The position numbers and the translations under genes were made by a program. A stretch of 64,000 nt of DNA from Dehalococcoidia bacterium (GTDB lineage: Bacteria > Chloroflexota > Dehalococcoidia > Plut-88900): the NCBI GenBank assembly GCA_965249275.1, contig CBDFLQ010000007.1, positions 736,001-800,000 of the forward strand, read 5' to 3'. Below are positions 36,486-47,110 of this stretch, in pieces. Below the pieces are notes generated by a model that made no database searches, had not been told where the DNA came from, and saw only the letters and a program-made list of their open reading frames with translations. Every line of letters starts with the position of its first letter. Positions within the stretch are counted from its first letter, which is position 1.

Positions 36486-37615
36486 CCAACTCAACAGATG
36501 TAGCCATAATCGGCGGGGGGATTATGGGCGGTTCCATCGCCTACCATCTCGCAAAGCTGGGCGTAAAGTCCACCATATTTGAACGGGAGTCCATAGGGTG
36601 TGAGGCGTCCGGTGTAGCCACGGGCATGATCTCGGCCATGTCCATCGACTCCCCGGGCCCCTACCTTGACCTCGCCCGCGCCTCCTTCGAGAAGTACAAG
36701 ACCCTGATACCCGAGATGGAAGAGGCTTCGGGCGTCCACACTTATTACGGCGAGATCTCCTGGCTGGACCTGGCCTTCACCGAGGAAGACGAGGCAGTGA
36801 ACCGCGCCAACATGGAGTGGAGGCGCAGTCTCATGCCGAAGGTATCGTGGGTGACGGACGACGACCTTTACCGAATCGACCCCCGCATAACACGCGAAGC
36901 CAGGAGTGGGCTCTACCTTGAGGAACTGAACCAGGCCGACGCCTACAGGCTCACACTAGCCTACATCGGCGCTGCCGAATCTCTCGGCGTGGAGGTCCGC
37001 TACACCGACGTTAAGGGGTTGGAGAAGAATGGGGCTCGGGTGACGGGAATCATCACCGACGAGGAGGTTGTGGCCTGTGGGGCGGTAGTGCTGGCGATGG
37101 GCGCATGGACCTCCGAGGCCTCCGAGTGGATCGAGACCCCGGTACCCATCAGGCCTTTCAAGGGCCAGATGGTCGAGCTTCGGGCGCCGGGTCCACCGCT
37201 CGGGGCGAACATACACCACGGCCGCTCTTACGTCACATCCAAGCTCAATGGAACGATTCTGTCTGGCAGCTATGACGGTTTTCGGGGTTACGATAAGTCG
37301 GTGTCTCAAGAAGGGGTGGAACACGTCCTGGAAGGAGCGCTCAAGGTATGTCCGGCCATGGAGGAGGCATCAATCTCCTGGGTGATAACGGGGCTCAGAC
37401 CCGCAACCCCGGACGAAATCCCGATACTGGGCCCGGTCCCCGGTCTTGATGGCGCTTTCATTTCGGCGGGGCACATGCGAAAAGGTATAACCCTGGCGGC
37501 CATGAGCGGTGAAATGATCGCCGACTCAGTAGTCGGGAACGAACCCCGCCTCCCGATAGAGCCGTTCAGCCTGTCCCGCTTCGCTGATTGCCCCGACCCC
37601 TGGGCTAACTCCTAG
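36482..37615 (+). CDS. Glycine oxidase ThiO-like (paralog 2)
   Basis: Same motif set as 35101-36252 (P.KGQ, GLRP..PD..PILG, GH.R.GI.LA). Confidence 0.85.
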   Translation: MTNSTDVAIIGGGIMGGSIAYHLAKLGVKSTIFERESIGCEASGVATGMISAMSIDSPGPYLDLARASFEKYKTLIPEMEEASGVHTYYGEISWLDLAFTEEDEAVNRANMEWRRSLMPKVSWVTDDDLYRIDPRITREARSGLYLEELNQADAYRLTLAYIGAAESLGVEVRYTDVKGLEKNGARVTGIITDEEVVACGAVVLAMGAWTSEASEWIETPVPIRPFKGQMVELRAPGPPLGANIHHGRSYVTSKLNGTILSGSYDGFRGYDKSVSQEGVEHVLEGALKVCPAMEEASISWVITGLRPATPDEIPILGPVPGLDGAFISAGHMRKGITLAAMSGEMIADSVVGNEPRLPIEPFSLSRFADCPDPWANS

Positions 37616-37667
37616 CCCTTCCCAGTCCTGTACAATAGCTCCGAAACCCTTTGGGAGGCGTCCAATC

Positions 37668-38597
37668 ATGCTTGCTGGCAAAAAAACCAAGGTGGGCATC
37701 GCCGTGCCCCAGATGTTCCCATACGGGCCCGTGGACATGGGCTTCGTCGAGGAGCATCTCAGGCTCGTCGAGTCCCTCGGCTACGATAGCGTATGGACCC
37801 AGGACTCGGTTCTCGGGACTATGGACACCCTGGACCCGTTCACACTGCTGGCCTACGCCTCTACAGTCACCGAGAGGGTTGGCCTCGGTATTTCGGTGCT
37901 GGTGCTGCCATTCCAGAATCCCGTCCACCTGGCCAAGATATCGGCCAGCCTGGACCAGTTGTCGGGCGGACGTCTTATGCTGGGAGTTGGAATAGGCAAT
38001 CACGAAAAGAGATACCCTGCCTTCGGGTTCGATGACAAGCATCGCGTCACCCGGTTCGAGCACACCGTGGAGCTGATCAAACGGCTCTGGACCGAGCCTC
38101 AGGTCACCTTCAAAGACCGCTTCTGGGACTTGAAAAACGTGAGTATCAACCCCAAGCCTCTCCAGTCCCCCCGACCCCCCATCTGGTTCGGCGCCCACGC
38201 TGAGCCCGCTCTGGAACGTGCCGTGAGGATCGGCGACGGTTGGATGGGGGCAGGGTCGTCGACCACCAACAGCTTCAAGAGGTCAATAGCACACGTACGA
38301 AACTACATGGATGAGGTGGGTCGGGACCCGGGGACCTTTCCAGTGGGCAAACGTGTGTACATAGCCATCGACAACGACAAAGAGAGGGCTGCAGGAAGGC
38401 TGGAGGAATGGTTCGACGGTTACTACCACGACGCTGCGAGGGCCCGTAAGGTCTCGGTGTTCGGGTCCGAGGAGGAAGTCATCGACGGCCTGGGCCGGGT
38501 CATGGAAGAAGACCCGGACATTATCATGTTCAACCCCGTCTTCGACCTGATAGAGCACGCCGAGAGGCTGGCCAAGAACATCATCCCCAAGCTCTAA
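37668..38597 (+). CDS. LLM-class oxidoreductase (close paralog of 20456-21391)
   Basis: KTKVGIAVPQ.FP.GP and HLAK..ASLDQ.SGGR motifs; C-terminal PKL shared with the paralog. Confidence 0.9.
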   Translation: MLAGKKTKVGIAVPQMFPYGPVDMGFVEEHLRLVESLGYDSVWTQDSVLGTMDTLDPFTLLAYASTVTERVGLGISVLVLPFQNPVHLAKISASLDQLSGGRLMLGVGIGNHEKRYPAFGFDDKHRVTRFEHTVELIKRLWTEPQVTFKDRFWDLKNVSINPKPLQSPRPPIWFGAHAEPALERAVRIGDGWMGAGSSTTNSFKRSIAHVRNYMDEVGRDPGTFPVGKRVYIAIDNDKERAAGRLEEWFDGYYHDAARARKVSVFGSEEEVIDGLGRVMEEDPDIIMFNPVFDLIEHAERLAKNIIPKL

Positions 38598-38602
38598 CAG
38601 CC

Positions 38603-39640
38603 ATGCACATCATCGACTTCCGGAGCGACACCGTAACCCACCCCACCCCCGAGATGTATGACGCCATGCTCAACGCGGAGCTCGGAGATGACGAGTACGG
38701 CGACGACCCGACAGTCAACCGCCTGGAAGCCCTCGCCGCCGAGAAGCTCGGCAAGGAAGCTGCTCTTTTCACCGTCTCGGGCACCATGAGCAATCTCGTG
38801 GCCATCCTCACACATTGCAATAGGGGCGACGAGCTTATCGTTGGCGACCAGTCGCACCTCTTCCTGGAGGAGGGGGGCGGCGCTTCGGGCATCGGAAACG
38901 TCCACATCCAGACGCTCCCCAATGGAGAACGGGGTACCCTCGACCCTGACGAGGTGGAACAAGCCATCCGCCCCGACGATCCCCATGACCCGCCAACCGG
39001 CCTGATTGCCCTGGAGAACACTCATACCTACTGCGGCGGGTCCGTACTGACCCAGGACGAGATCGGGGAAGTGGCATCGGTGGCACGGCGGCATGGGCTC
39101 CCGCTCCACATTGACGGTGCGCGCATATTCAACGCATCGGTCTATCTGGAGACTCCCACCTCGGAGCTGGTGAAGGACGCGGACTCGGTGAGCTTCTGCT
39201 TATCGAAGGGACTGAGCTGCCCCATCGGCTCGATGCTCTGCGGCAGCGCCGAGTTCATCAACCAGGCCCGATACTGGCGGGAGACTCTGGGTGGTGGGAT
39301 GAGGCAGGTGGGAGTTATCGCTGCCGCGGGTGTCGTGGCGCTGGAGAGCATGATCGAACGGCTGGCCGAAGACCATTCCAACGCCCGACGCCTGGCTCGG
39401 GGCCTGAGCCAAATCCCCGGCATTGACATCGACCCGAAGAAATATCCCACCAACCAGGTCTACTTCAAGGTGGTGGATGGGCCTCCGCCCGACATTGCGG
39501 CACGGCTGGAGAGCCTCGGGATCAAGGGGGGCACGGGCGACAGAACGTGGCGGTTCGTGACCCACCACGGGATTGGGCCCGAAGATATAGACCAGGCCCT
39601 GGACATCGTTGAGTCGGTTTTCCGGGAGTACGCTTCCTAG
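38603..39640 (+). CDS. ltaE: Low-specificity L-threonine aldolase
   Basis: DFRSDTVT.P, GDD.YG.DPT, SGTM.N, LENTH, H.DGAR.FNA and CLSKGL motifs. Confidence 0.93.
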   Translation: MHIIDFRSDTVTHPTPEMYDAMLNAELGDDEYGDDPTVNRLEALAAEKLGKEAALFTVSGTMSNLVAILTHCNRGDELIVGDQSHLFLEEGGGASGIGNVHIQTLPNGERGTLDPDEVEQAIRPDDPHDPPTGLIALENTHTYCGGSVLTQDEIGEVASVARRHGLPLHIDGARIFNASVYLETPTSELVKDADSVSFCLSKGLSCPIGSMLCGSAEFINQARYWRETLGGGMRQVGVIAAAGVVALESMIERLAEDHSNARRLARGLSQIPGIDIDPKKYPTNQVYFKVVDGPPPDIAARLESLGIKGGTGDRTWRFVTHHGIGPEDIDQALDIVESVFREYAS

Positions 39641-39999
39641 CCCTGCAGCAGGCACAATTCGTTGCCGTCCGGATCTGCGACTACGGTCCAACCCTCTCCC
39701 TCTTCCAAGAAAGACTCCAGCCGACTGCCTCCCAGAGCCTCGACTCGGGCCAAGGCTGCGGGCGTGTCCTTTACAACAATGTCCATGTGTACGCGAGTCT
39801 TGCTGGACTTCTTTTCGGGGACCGTTTGAAGATAAATTATCAGGCCACCGGGTATGGGTTCGAAGTTGAGGTAATGATCGTTCGATACATTGCGTTTAAC
39901 GCCAAGCAGAGCCGAATAAAAAGCCTCCGCGCGGGCCAGATCGGAAACGTCTATACCAACTTGGGTCAACACTCCCAGCGGCGCATTTTGTTCAGTCAT
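39637..39999 (-). CDS. VOC/glyoxalase family protein
   Basis: IDV.D....AFY..LLG, PE.K..K.RVH.D and DPDGNE.CL motifs. Confidence 0.9.
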   Translation of the reverse strand: MTEQNAPLGVLTQVGIDVSDLARAEAFYSALLGVKRNVSNDHYLNFEPIPGGLIIYLQTVPEKKSSKTRVHMDIVVKDTPAALARVEALGGSRLESFLEEGEGWTVVADPDGNELCLLQG

Positions 40000-40036
40000 T
40001 TATACAACTCCTAATGAATCTGGAATGTCCATAAAC

Positions 40037-40429
40037 TCAGTCTTTCGAGGCTTTGCTATCCAGGTCGAATTTCAACAGGCAGAACTCGTTGCCATCCGGA
40101 TCGGCGAAGACTGCCAGACTGCCCGTCGGTTCCCCGTATTCCTCATTCAGAAGCCTGGCACCCAGGGCCTGGACCCTGGGCACGGCCGCTTTGACGTCGG
40201 GCACCGTCAGGTCGAAGTGGACCCGGGTCTTGGCGGTCTTCTTCTCCGGGACTTGCTGAAGGTAGACGATCATGCCATTGGGAACCGGCGTGAAGGCGAT
40301 GAACTGGTCCCATGCAGCGTATCGCTCAACACCTAGCAAGGCCGAATAGAATGCCTCTGCCCGCTCAAGATCGGAGACATCAATGCCAACATGGGTTAAG
40401 GCAGCTATAGCGCCGGATTGGTCTGTCAT
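40037..40429 (-). CDS. VOC/glyoxalase family protein (tandem paralog)
   Basis: Same motifs as 39637-39999. Confidence 0.9.
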   Translation of the reverse strand: MTDQSGAIAALTHVGIDVSDLERAEAFYSALLGVERYAAWDQFIAFTPVPNGMIVYLQQVPEKKTAKTRVHFDLTVPDVKAAVPRVQALGARLLNEEYGEPTGSLAVFADPDGNEFCLLKFDLDSKASKD

Positions 40430-40483
40430 GGTTATTTCCTTACGTGAAGTCTGAGATCGTACACAATCCAGTAGATATTCTAC

Positions 40484-41914
40484 TTAACACACGGGACTAG
40501 CTACTACCCGCCCGTCAATCCTGCGCGGCAATAGGAGGCCTTTTTCCTTCGTCCCGAAAAGCTTGCCATCCTCAACCACAACCTCCCCTCGAAGGATGGT
40601 CATTACCGGCCACCCACGCACCTCCCATCCCACCCAGATGCTGTAGTCAGCGCCATGCAGGTCTGAAAGCTCAAGTGTCTTGTTGTAGTCGGGATCGATA
40701 ATGGCGATGTCCGCATCACTCCCGGGGCTCAGGGCCCCTTTTCTCGGGTAGAGCCCGAGCAGCCTCGCCGCATTCGCCGACGTTATGTCCACGAATCGCT
40801 CCAGGCTCATGCCCCGCTTCACCACCCCTTCGCTGTAGCCGATGCCCATCCGGGACTCGACACCCTCGCTGCCTCCAGTCGTGTCCTCGATAGTCTGGCC
40901 TCGGAGCTTGTGGGTCTTGCTGGTCCAAAGCTCATCAGTGGCAAGAGTGGACAGCTCGCCGTTAATCAGCCCTTCCCACAAGGCCGTCTGGTCCGCCTCG
41001 GTCTTCAGCGAGGGGTAGGTATGGTATAGGGCGCCGTCGGGCCTTTCGTAGTCCTTGTGGTTGAAGGAAGCGTAGTGGTGCAGGGTCTCGCCGTAGACCG
41101 GCAAACTCTTGGCCCGGGCCTCGGCTATTGCCTCCACTCCTTCCTTGGCGCTTACGTGAACGAGGTATAGGGCACAGTCCATCCACTCGGACAACCTGAT
41201 AACCCTCCTGAAAGATATGTCCTCAGACATGTTGTTGTGGACGTGGTGCATGTACTTGCGGTGCACCTGGCCGAGGTGGGCCTGCTTCTTGTACATGAAC
41301 ATCACTATGTCCTCGTCCTCGGCGTGGACAAGCATCATGCCGCCGCCCCGACCCACGTGGCCCATAATCTCCGCGAGGTGTCCGATGTCGGTCATCTGCT
41401 TGGGGCGGTGGGGGGTGGTGTTGGTGGTCCAGACCTTGAAGCTGGGATACCCCGCATCGATCACCTCCCCAATCTGCTCCATCACGCTGAAAGGCAGGTC
41501 TCCCTTGGTCGAGTAAAGAGAGACGTGATATGAGTAATCGACATGACTGTTGCCCTTGAATATGGCCTCTTTCTTCTCCAGGGTCTCGAACAGGTTCTCC
41601 CCGGGCTCCCAGTATGCGAAATCGACCAGCGTGGTAGTGCCGCCGAACAAACAGGCCCGGCTAACGTCCTCGATGCTGCCGGTGCTGACACCTTCGTGAG
41701 CCAAAGTAGGTACGGTCCAGGAGCAGTGAGCGTGGGGCTCGACACCTCCCGGCACCACGATCTTGCTGCGGGCGTCGATGACTCTTTCCACGTCCGCGGT
41801 CAGGGTGTCGGGTTCCGAGACTGCGACTATGTGCCCATCCTTCACCGCAACGTCCCAGAGGCCAATGCCCGTGGGTGTGACAACCCTTCCGCCCCGTAAC
41901 ACCAAATCAAGCAT
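40484..41914 (-). CDS. Dihydropyrimidinase/hydantoinase-like amidohydrolase
   Basis: PGG.E.H.H, GGTTT, SFK, VHAE, YGET..HY and GLYPRKG...GSDAD motifs. Confidence 0.9.
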   Translation of the reverse strand: MLDLVLRGGRVVTPTGIGLWDVAVKDGHIVAVSEPDTLTADVERVIDARSKIVVPGGVEPHAHCSWTVPTLAHEGVSTGSIEDVSRACLFGGTTTLVDFAYWEPGENLFETLEKKEAIFKGNSHVDYSYHVSLYSTKGDLPFSVMEQIGEVIDAGYPSFKVWTTNTTPHRPKQMTDIGHLAEIMGHVGRGGGMMLVHAEDEDIVMFMYKKQAHLGQVHRKYMHHVHNNMSEDISFRRVIRLSEWMDCALYLVHVSAKEGVEAIAEARAKSLPVYGETLHHYASFNHKDYERPDGALYHTYPSLKTEADQTALWEGLINGELSTLATDELWTSKTHKLRGQTIEDTTGGSEGVESRMGIGYSEGVVKRGMSLERFVDITSANAARLLGLYPRKGALSPGSDADIAIIDPDYNKTLELSDLHGADYSIWVGWEVRGWPVMTILRGEVVVEDGKLFGTKEKGLLLPRRIDGRVVASPVC

Positions 41915-41946
41915 GTCGAGCCTCCTCTCCCAAAACGCTGTACAGC

Positions 41947-43245
41947 CTAATCGTATAGGTGGGCCGGATAGTCCATGCCCACGTGGCCTGCATCTTCTAA
42001 TCTCTTGTATTCCGTCTCCGTCACACCCAACAGCTCCTTGAAAACGTACTCGTTGTGCTCACCGAGCATGGGTGCTGGGAGCCTGATTCCGTTGGGTGTC
42101 TCCGCCATTTTCCACATCATGCCAGTATAGGCATGTCTTCCGGTCGCCGGCTGCTCCAGCTGCTCGAAATAGCCGCGGGCCACCATTTGAGGGTTTTCGT
42201 AAAGCTCCCGCTGATCGTTGACAGCGCCCGCGGGCACACCTTCGGCCTGGAGCAAGCTCATTAGCTCAACGTGGTCCTTGTCAGCCATCCATTCTTCAAG
42301 GTGGCCATCGATCTCCTCCTGGCAGCGGTAGCGCCCAAGAACCGTATCGAACCTCGAGTCCCGGGCCCAGGTGGGGTTGCCCATAGCTTTCTTCAGTGCC
42401 ACCCACTCTTCGTCACTCCCCACCGAGATTACAAGCCAGTTGTCCTCGCCTCTGCACCTGTAACAGCCCTGGGGGGCACGGGAGGGGTGGGAGTTGCCCA
42501 TAGCGCTCTGGGTGCGTCCGTTCACCTGCCAGTCGAGAGTTGACTCCGGGACATAGCTAAGTATTGCCTCGGTAGTTGCCACCTCCACCAGCTGCCCCTG
42601 TCCAGTCCTTTTGCGATGACACAGGGCCATGAGGACGGCAAACGCCCCGGTTACCCCACCAACGGCATCACCCAAAAATGACGTGCCGGCGTCCGTGAAG
42701 GGCCCGTCCCTGTACCCGCGTATCCACGTGTGCCCGGCCGTCGACTCCATCTGCGGACCCAACGCTCTGTACCTGGCATAGGGGCCGGTGAGCCCGTAGG
42801 CCGGAACGCGTACCATTATGATGTCCGGTCTGGCTTGACGCAGCTGATCATAGCTGGCGCCAATCTTGTCGTAGGTCTGGGGGACGTTGTTCTCGATCAC
42901 CACATCCGAAATGGATGCAAGCTGGAGATGGGTGTCCATGATGTCGGGGGCGGGTATATTCGAGGTCATGCTGAGCTTGTTGCGGCCGTGAATCTGGAAA
43001 ACCGCGTTTCGGTTCCAGTGGCGTTCCCCGGGGATTTCGTCGGGGTAGCTGCTTGCCCAATCGTATAGTCCGCGATCCATCGGTAGGATGCCGGTAGCTC
43101 GCGTCCCGTACTGGAATATGGAGATCGGCTCGACGCGAATGACCTCGGCGCCCCAGTCGGCCAGGAGCTGCGTTCCAAAAGGCCCGACCCAGGCGAGGGT
43201 CATATCGATGATCCGCACGCCTTCCAAAGGCAATCGCGCAGACAT
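41947..43245 (-). CDS. Family III CoA-transferase (CaiB/BaiF)
   Basis: PLEG.RI.D, GP...LAD.GAEVI.VE, TG.GQ and AP.LGEHN motifs. Confidence 0.92.
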   Translation of the reverse strand: MSARLPLEGVRIIDMTLAWVGPFGTQLLADWGAEVIRVEPISIFQYGTRATGILPMDRGLYDWASSYPDEIPGERHWNRNAVFQIHGRNKLSMTSNIPAPDIMDTHLQLASISDVVIENNVPQTYDKIGASYDQLRQARPDIIMVRVPAYGLTGPYARYRALGPQMESTAGHTWIRGYRDGPFTDAGTSFLGDAVGGVTGAFAVLMALCHRKRTGQGQLVEVATTEAILSYVPESTLDWQVNGRTQSAMGNSHPSRAPQGCYRCRGEDNWLVISVGSDEEWVALKKAMGNPTWARDSRFDTVLGRYRCQEEIDGHLEEWMADKDHVELMSLLQAEGVPAGAVNDQRELYENPQMVARGYFEQLEQPATGRHAYTGMMWKMAETPNGIRLPAPMLGEHNEYVFKELLGVTETEYKRLEDAGHVGMDYPAHLYD

Positions 43246-44480
43246 TAAACAACCCCCTCCTGTCGCAGCATAGACAGCTCCCGGCGGCTCAATCCAAGAA
43301 TCCCGCAGTAGACATTCCGGTTGTGCTGGCCGATGGCCGGGGCGGGCCTACCAATCTGCCAAGGCGTACGATGCATGATCATGTGACGACTCGGAAAAAC
43401 TCGATATCCATGCGGGGTGTCCTCGACACCAGCCCATACGCCTCTCGCTCGGAACCCCGGGTCGGAGGCCACGCCTGCCGGATCGTAGAGCGGGGCTGAC
43501 AGGGTTCTTTGGGCCTGACTCTGTGCCCAGCTCTCTCCCTGGGTGCGGCCCGCCACCCATTCTGCCACCATCGCATCCAGCTTTCGTATCACGCGTGGGT
43601 TTGCAAGAGCCGTTGTCACGTCGACACCATTCTCTTCGAAGAAGTCCGGTGCGTTAAGAAGCTCAAGGAGCCTTGGGAACCTTCCGGCGGACTGCACGTC
43701 CATATACCCATCTTTACCAGGATAGACCTGGGAGAACCCCTTACTTTCGCCGGCGTACCGAGAGTACCGTCGGCCGGTGTATACGTGACTGAGCAAAAGC
43801 GCCGACTGTCTGTCGATAGTTCCGGCCTGGGTCTCCATAATCGATATGTCCAGGTGATCCCCCGAGCCCCCATGCCCCATCTGCCGGTACAATGCCGTAA
43901 GCGTGGCGATGGCAGCGACTTGGCCGGCGAAATACATCCCCACCCGTCCCCCGTGTTTCACCGGCTCTCGGCGGGCGGCGCCGGTGAAAAGCATGGGCCC
44001 TCCGGTCGCATACTCCACTATCTCCGTGGCCTTGTGATTTTTGTAAGGCCCGTTCTGTCCGAAATTGGAGATGGAAGTGAGGACCACGTTGGGGTTGATC
44101 TGCTTTAGTCGAGAGTAGCCCAGCCCGAAGCCTTTCATTACGCCCGGCCTGAAGCTCTCAACTATCACGTCAGCCCACAGGGCCAGCTCTTCAAAGAGTT
44201 TCACAGCTGCCGACCGTTTAAGGTCAAGCGTGACACCGAGCTTGTTCTGGTTCAGGAACTGGAATAGTGCGCTGGACTCGGCGTTGGGGAGGTCATTGTG
44301 GAACGGGCCGAGCCTACGCCCCGGATCACCGTGACCCGGCCTTTCAACCTTGATGACCTCCGCACCGTAGTCAGCAAGGAGCTTAGTGCAGAACGGCCCT
44401 GCGGCGTAGTGGGTCAGGTCCAGAACCCGTGTCCCGGTAAGGGCTTGTGGAGCAGGGGCGGTTTTAGGACGTTCCAACAT
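43245..44480 (-). CDS. Family III CoA-transferase (CaiB/BaiF)
   Basis: L.G.RVLDL, GPF..KLLAD.GA, N.NK.GVTLDL and S.S.FGQ.GPY motifs. Confidence 0.92.
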   Translation of the reverse strand: MLERPKTAPAPQALTGTRVLDLTHYAAGPFCTKLLADYGAEVIKVERPGHGDPGRRLGPFHNDLPNAESSALFQFLNQNKLGVTLDLKRSAAVKLFEELALWADVIVESFRPGVMKGFGLGYSRLKQINPNVVLTSISNFGQNGPYKNHKATEIVEYATGGPMLFTGAARREPVKHGGRVGMYFAGQVAAIATLTALYRQMGHGGSGDHLDISIMETQAGTIDRQSALLLSHVYTGRRYSRYAGESKGFSQVYPGKDGYMDVQSAGRFPRLLELLNAPDFFEENGVDVTTALANPRVIRKLDAMVAEWVAGRTQGESWAQSQAQRTLSAPLYDPAGVASDPGFRARGVWAGVEDTPHGYRVFPSRHMIMHRTPWQIGRPAPAIGQHNRNVYCGILGLSRRELSMLRQEGVV

Positions 44481-44557
44481 GATAGTTGCGCTAATATAGC
44501 GGGGCGGATGTCTTTGGGCAATAATGTAGCTGCACATCTGCCCCCTGGAGACTACAT

Positions 44558-45490
44558 ATGGCAAAGCCGAAGTTCGGGTTTCACTACAGCCGTATCGAGA
44601 ACGTAATCCCTCCCCCCGACTTTGCGCATCTAGCCGAGGAGATGGAGTTTGACTCGGTGTGGGTGCCGGAGGCCCTGGTGAACGAGGTTCCGGCCGGGGA
44701 CATAATGATGACCATGAGCGCCCTGGTGCATCACAGCAGCAGCATAACCGTCGGGGCTGGGGCGGTGCTGCTGCCGTTGAGAAATCCCGTTGTGCTGGCC
44801 AAGGAGTTTGCTACGCTGGACATACACTCGGAAGGGCGGATCATAATCGGGTTCGGGGTGGGTGGACCTCCCGACTCCCACCCCGACGCCTTCGAAGCCT
44901 GCGGCGTGAGCATGCGGGAGAGGGGCAACCTCACCGACGAGGCGCTGGAAATCATGACCAAGCTCTGGACCGGCGAGGCCGTCGATCACCAAGGGAAATT
45001 TCAGAGCTTTTCCAACATCCGCCTGGAACCGAGGCCATATCAGCGTCCTCACCCACCCCTCTGGGCAGGAGGCGTATCCGAAAGAATGCTGAAGCGGGCG
45101 GCCCGTTACGCGGACGGTTTCTATCCAGTGCGCATCAACGCAGAGGAGTTCGCCGTATCCTGGTCGAAGATAATGCGATACGGAGAGGAACTGGGAAGGG
45201 ATGTTTCAGGAATGTCCCGGGCCATACATCTCTTCTATCGCATAGGGAGTACGCGGGAGGAAGCCCTGGCAGCAGGCGAGACGGAGTTAAACCGTCGGCG
45301 CGGGTTCGAGGTTTCTTTAGTCGACGATGGCAGATATGCCTTCGGGACTGTGGGCGATTGCACAAGGACGGTGGAGAGATTCCTGGATGCAGGTGTAGAC
45401 CACATAGTGTTCAACGCCATGACGCCTGCAGATGAGGTGCCGGAACAGCTAAACCTGCTGGTCGAAGGAGTGATATCCCGGTTCCGCTAG
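44558..45490 (+). CDS. LLM-class oxidoreductase
   Basis: FDSVW, LAKE.ATLD..S.GR and P.P.Q.PHPP.W.GG motifs. Confidence 0.9.
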   Translation: MAKPKFGFHYSRIENVIPPPDFAHLAEEMEFDSVWVPEALVNEVPAGDIMMTMSALVHHSSSITVGAGAVLLPLRNPVVLAKEFATLDIHSEGRIIIGFGVGGPPDSHPDAFEACGVSMRERGNLTDEALEIMTKLWTGEAVDHQGKFQSFSNIRLEPRPYQRPHPPLWAGGVSERMLKRAARYADGFYPVRINAEEFAVSWSKIMRYGEELGRDVSGMSRAIHLFYRIGSTREEALAAGETELNRRRGFEVSLVDDGRYAFGTVGDCTRTVERFLDAGVDHIVFNAMTPADEVPEQLNLLVEGVISRFR

Positions 45491-45497
45491 AGACCAA

Positions 45498-45764
45498 TCA
45501 CTCCGCCGAGATCGCATCCCAGAGCACCCAGCCTTCCTTTTCTTCACCATAGCGGACGTGGGCCCGCTGAGACAGGGAGCCATAGACGTCCTTCTGCTCT
45601 TCGAAGACCGTGACCTGAGTCGGGGCGGTGATCTCATGAAGGACCTGGGAGCCCTCCACCGCGCTCATGGGCTCGCTCCAGACCCGCACCACGCCGTTCC
45701 ATTTCTTTAGTATCGACTTGGTGACGTTGGCGCTGTAAGGCTCTACCTGTTCAACTTTGTTCAT
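45498..45764 (-). CDS. Hypothetical protein, possibly SH3b-like
   Basis: Beta-rich sequence ending VRY...EGWV; overlaps the dnaJ 3' end. Confidence 0.6.
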   Translation of the reverse strand: MNKVEQVEPYSANVTKSILKKWNGVVRVWSEPMSAVEGSQVLHEITAPTQVTVFEEQKDVYGSLSQRAHVRYGEEKEGWVLWDAISAE

Positions 45765-46866
45765 CGACATCTTCTGTGGATCTCCTTCTTAGCTGCCGGT
45801 AATCTTCCAGCAAGCGCCTCTCTTCATCGCTAAGGTCGGTGGGCACTCCCACCCTGATCACCACGTACTCGTCACCGGTGCCCGAGCCCCTGAGATGGGG
45901 CAGCCCGTGCCCCGAAAGCCGAAACGTAGTCCCGTGCTGAGTGCTCTGCGGAAGGGTGACGGTCAGGGGTCCATCGAGGGTGGGAACGTCAACATCACCT
46001 CCGAGGGCTGCCGTCGCAATGTCTACCTCTTGTCTGACGTAGAGGTCCTGTCCACGGCGTTCGAAGCGGGGATCAGGTGCGACGTTGAGCACGACGAAGA
46101 GGTCACCGGGCAGGTCGGGGCCTGCTTCACCCTCGCCCGTCACCCGGAGCGCATGTCCATCCTCCACGCCCGCAGGCACATCCACCTCCAGGTCCACCGT
46201 CTCGACCGTCTTGCCCCGGCCTTCGCAGGTTGCACACGGCTCGGTGATGACCCTTCCGTTGCCCCGGCACGTCCCACAGGTCAATATCTGGCGCACCACC
46301 CCGAATCCCGAGCGCTCCTCCCGGACGGTGCGTCCCGACCCCCGGCACGATTCGCACTCTCCCTCTCCGCCGGCCTCCGCCCCCGAGCCCCGGCACCCGG
46401 CACAGGTCGAGGCCCGGTCCAGGGTAATGGTCTTCTTGAAGCCGCTTGCCACGTCATCCAAGGTTAGTTCAAGGTCATAACGGATGTCGGCGCCCTTGCG
46501 GGTGCGTTGGCGTGTCCTTGTCCGTCCACCGAACATGCCCCCGAAGGAGTCTCCACCGAACCCGAACAGGTCGCCCAGCCCGAACTCGCTGAACAAGTTG
46601 GAGAAGTCGACGCCACGGAAGATGTCTTCCTGGCTGAACCCATCAAGTCCGGCGTGGCCGTATGAGTTGTAGAGCTCGCGCTTCTTGGGGTCGTTGAGGA
46701 CGGCGTAAGCCTCATTGACGTCCTTCATGGTCTCTGCCGCAGAAGCGTCCCCCGGATTCCGGTCCGGGTGATACTTCATGGCGAGGTTGCGATAGGCTTT
46801 TTTTACGGCCTTCGCGTCGGCGTTCCGATCGACCCCCAGGACCTCATAGTAGTCCCGCTTGGCCAT
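45751..46866 (-). CDS. dnaJ: Chaperone DnaJ (class A)
   Basis: [13 protein letters not shown]-rich region, four CxxCxGxG repeats and C-terminal domain. Confidence 0.95.
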   Translation of the reverse strand: MAKRDYYEVLGVDRNADAKAVKKAYRNLAMKYHPDRNPGDASAAETMKDVNEAYAVLNDPKKRELYNSYGHAGLDGFSQEDIFRGVDFSNLFSEFGLGDLFGFGGDSFGGMFGGRTRTRQRTRKGADIRYDLELTLDDVASGFKKTITLDRASTCAGCRGSGAEAGGEGECESCRGSGRTVREERSGFGVVRQILTCGTCRGNGRVITEPCATCEGRGKTVETVDLEVDVPAGVEDGHALRVTGEGEAGPDLPGDLFVVLNVAPDPRFERRGQDLYVRQEVDIATAALGGDVDVPTLDGPLTVTLPQSTQHGTTFRLSGHGLPHLRGSGTGDEYVVIRVGVPTDLSDEERRLLEDYRQLRRRSTEDVDEQS

Positions 46867-46870
46867 CGGG

Positions 46871-47029
46871 TTAGCCTCCGGTGTATTTCCAGCTCACCTT
46901 GTCCCAGGTGTACGAGGCCGTATTGCACGCATTGCAGAGGACGGTCGTCACATCACCCTCGACTTGGTGACGTGCGCTGGCCAACTTCTTACACTTATTG
47001 CAATAGACCTTTTTTCTCGTTATGTTCAT
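46871..47029 (-). CDS. 52-aa Cys4 zinc-ribbon protein (absent from the ORF track)
   Basis: [52 protein letters not shown]; its GGAGG tail serves as the dnaJ SD. Confidence 0.72.
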   Translation of the reverse strand: MNITRKKVYCNKCKKLASARHQVEGDVTTVLCNACNTASYTWDKVSWKYTGG

Positions 47030-47110
47030 GTAATACGCCTTAGCGACCTATTTGACTGTTGTCCTAATCTTCCGATACAGAGCGAATGGCGCGGGGCACG
47101 GCCCCGCACT

